A stretch of DNA of 64,000 nucleotides. Source: Polyangiales bacterium (GTDB lineage: Bacteria > Myxococcota_A > Polyangia > Polyangiales > JADJQN01). The stretch is taken from positions 64,001 through 128,000 of the forward strand of contig CAXNJO010000002.1 of NCBI GenBank assembly GCA_964202905.1. The letters run 5' to 3'. Below, one piece after another: positions 63,393-64,000 of the stretch. Position 1 is the first letter of the stretch, and each line of letters starts with the position of its first letter. The position numbers and the translations under genes were made by a program. Under the pieces are notes generated by a model. It ran no database searches and was not told where the DNA came from. It saw only the letters and a program-made list of their open reading frames with translations.

Positions 63393-64000
<608 letters not shown>

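Overview
A 64 kb chromosomal window of very high GC content, most likely from a myxobacterium (Myxococcota, Polyangia/Sandaracinaceae-like). That assignment is inferred from the DAG-linker lipoproteins, Cys-rich surface proteins, a Hanks kinase and a DUF2378-like gene. Housekeeping content is mlaFE-alr, thiSGE, gltBD, galT, yhbY, pckG, kamA, sdhCAB, hisC, an M23 peptidase and the ftsZ 3' end. Notable blocks are: (i) an ethylmalonyl-CoA pathway cluster (ecm-meaB divergent from ccr-mcl-mcd) with an ScfR/RamB-type regulator; (ii) a Fur-box-headed operon DUF4856 - imelysin - vitamin K-dependent carboxylase-like HTTM protein - TonB-dependent receptor - TonB; (iii) a surface-protein region with a catalytically dead signal peptidase homologue and a lipoprotein carrying about 19 disintegrin-like repeats; (iv) a baseplate-chaperone-like/zincin fusion; (v) five copies of a 16-bp palindrome MTGAAY-N4-ATTCAG, two inside genes at runs of rare codons. 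About 14 single-base frameshifts, mostly +1, suggest long-read or assembly error. No rRNA, tRNA, CRISPR, IS or prophage was recognised. All family assignments are by eye from motifs; no searches were run.
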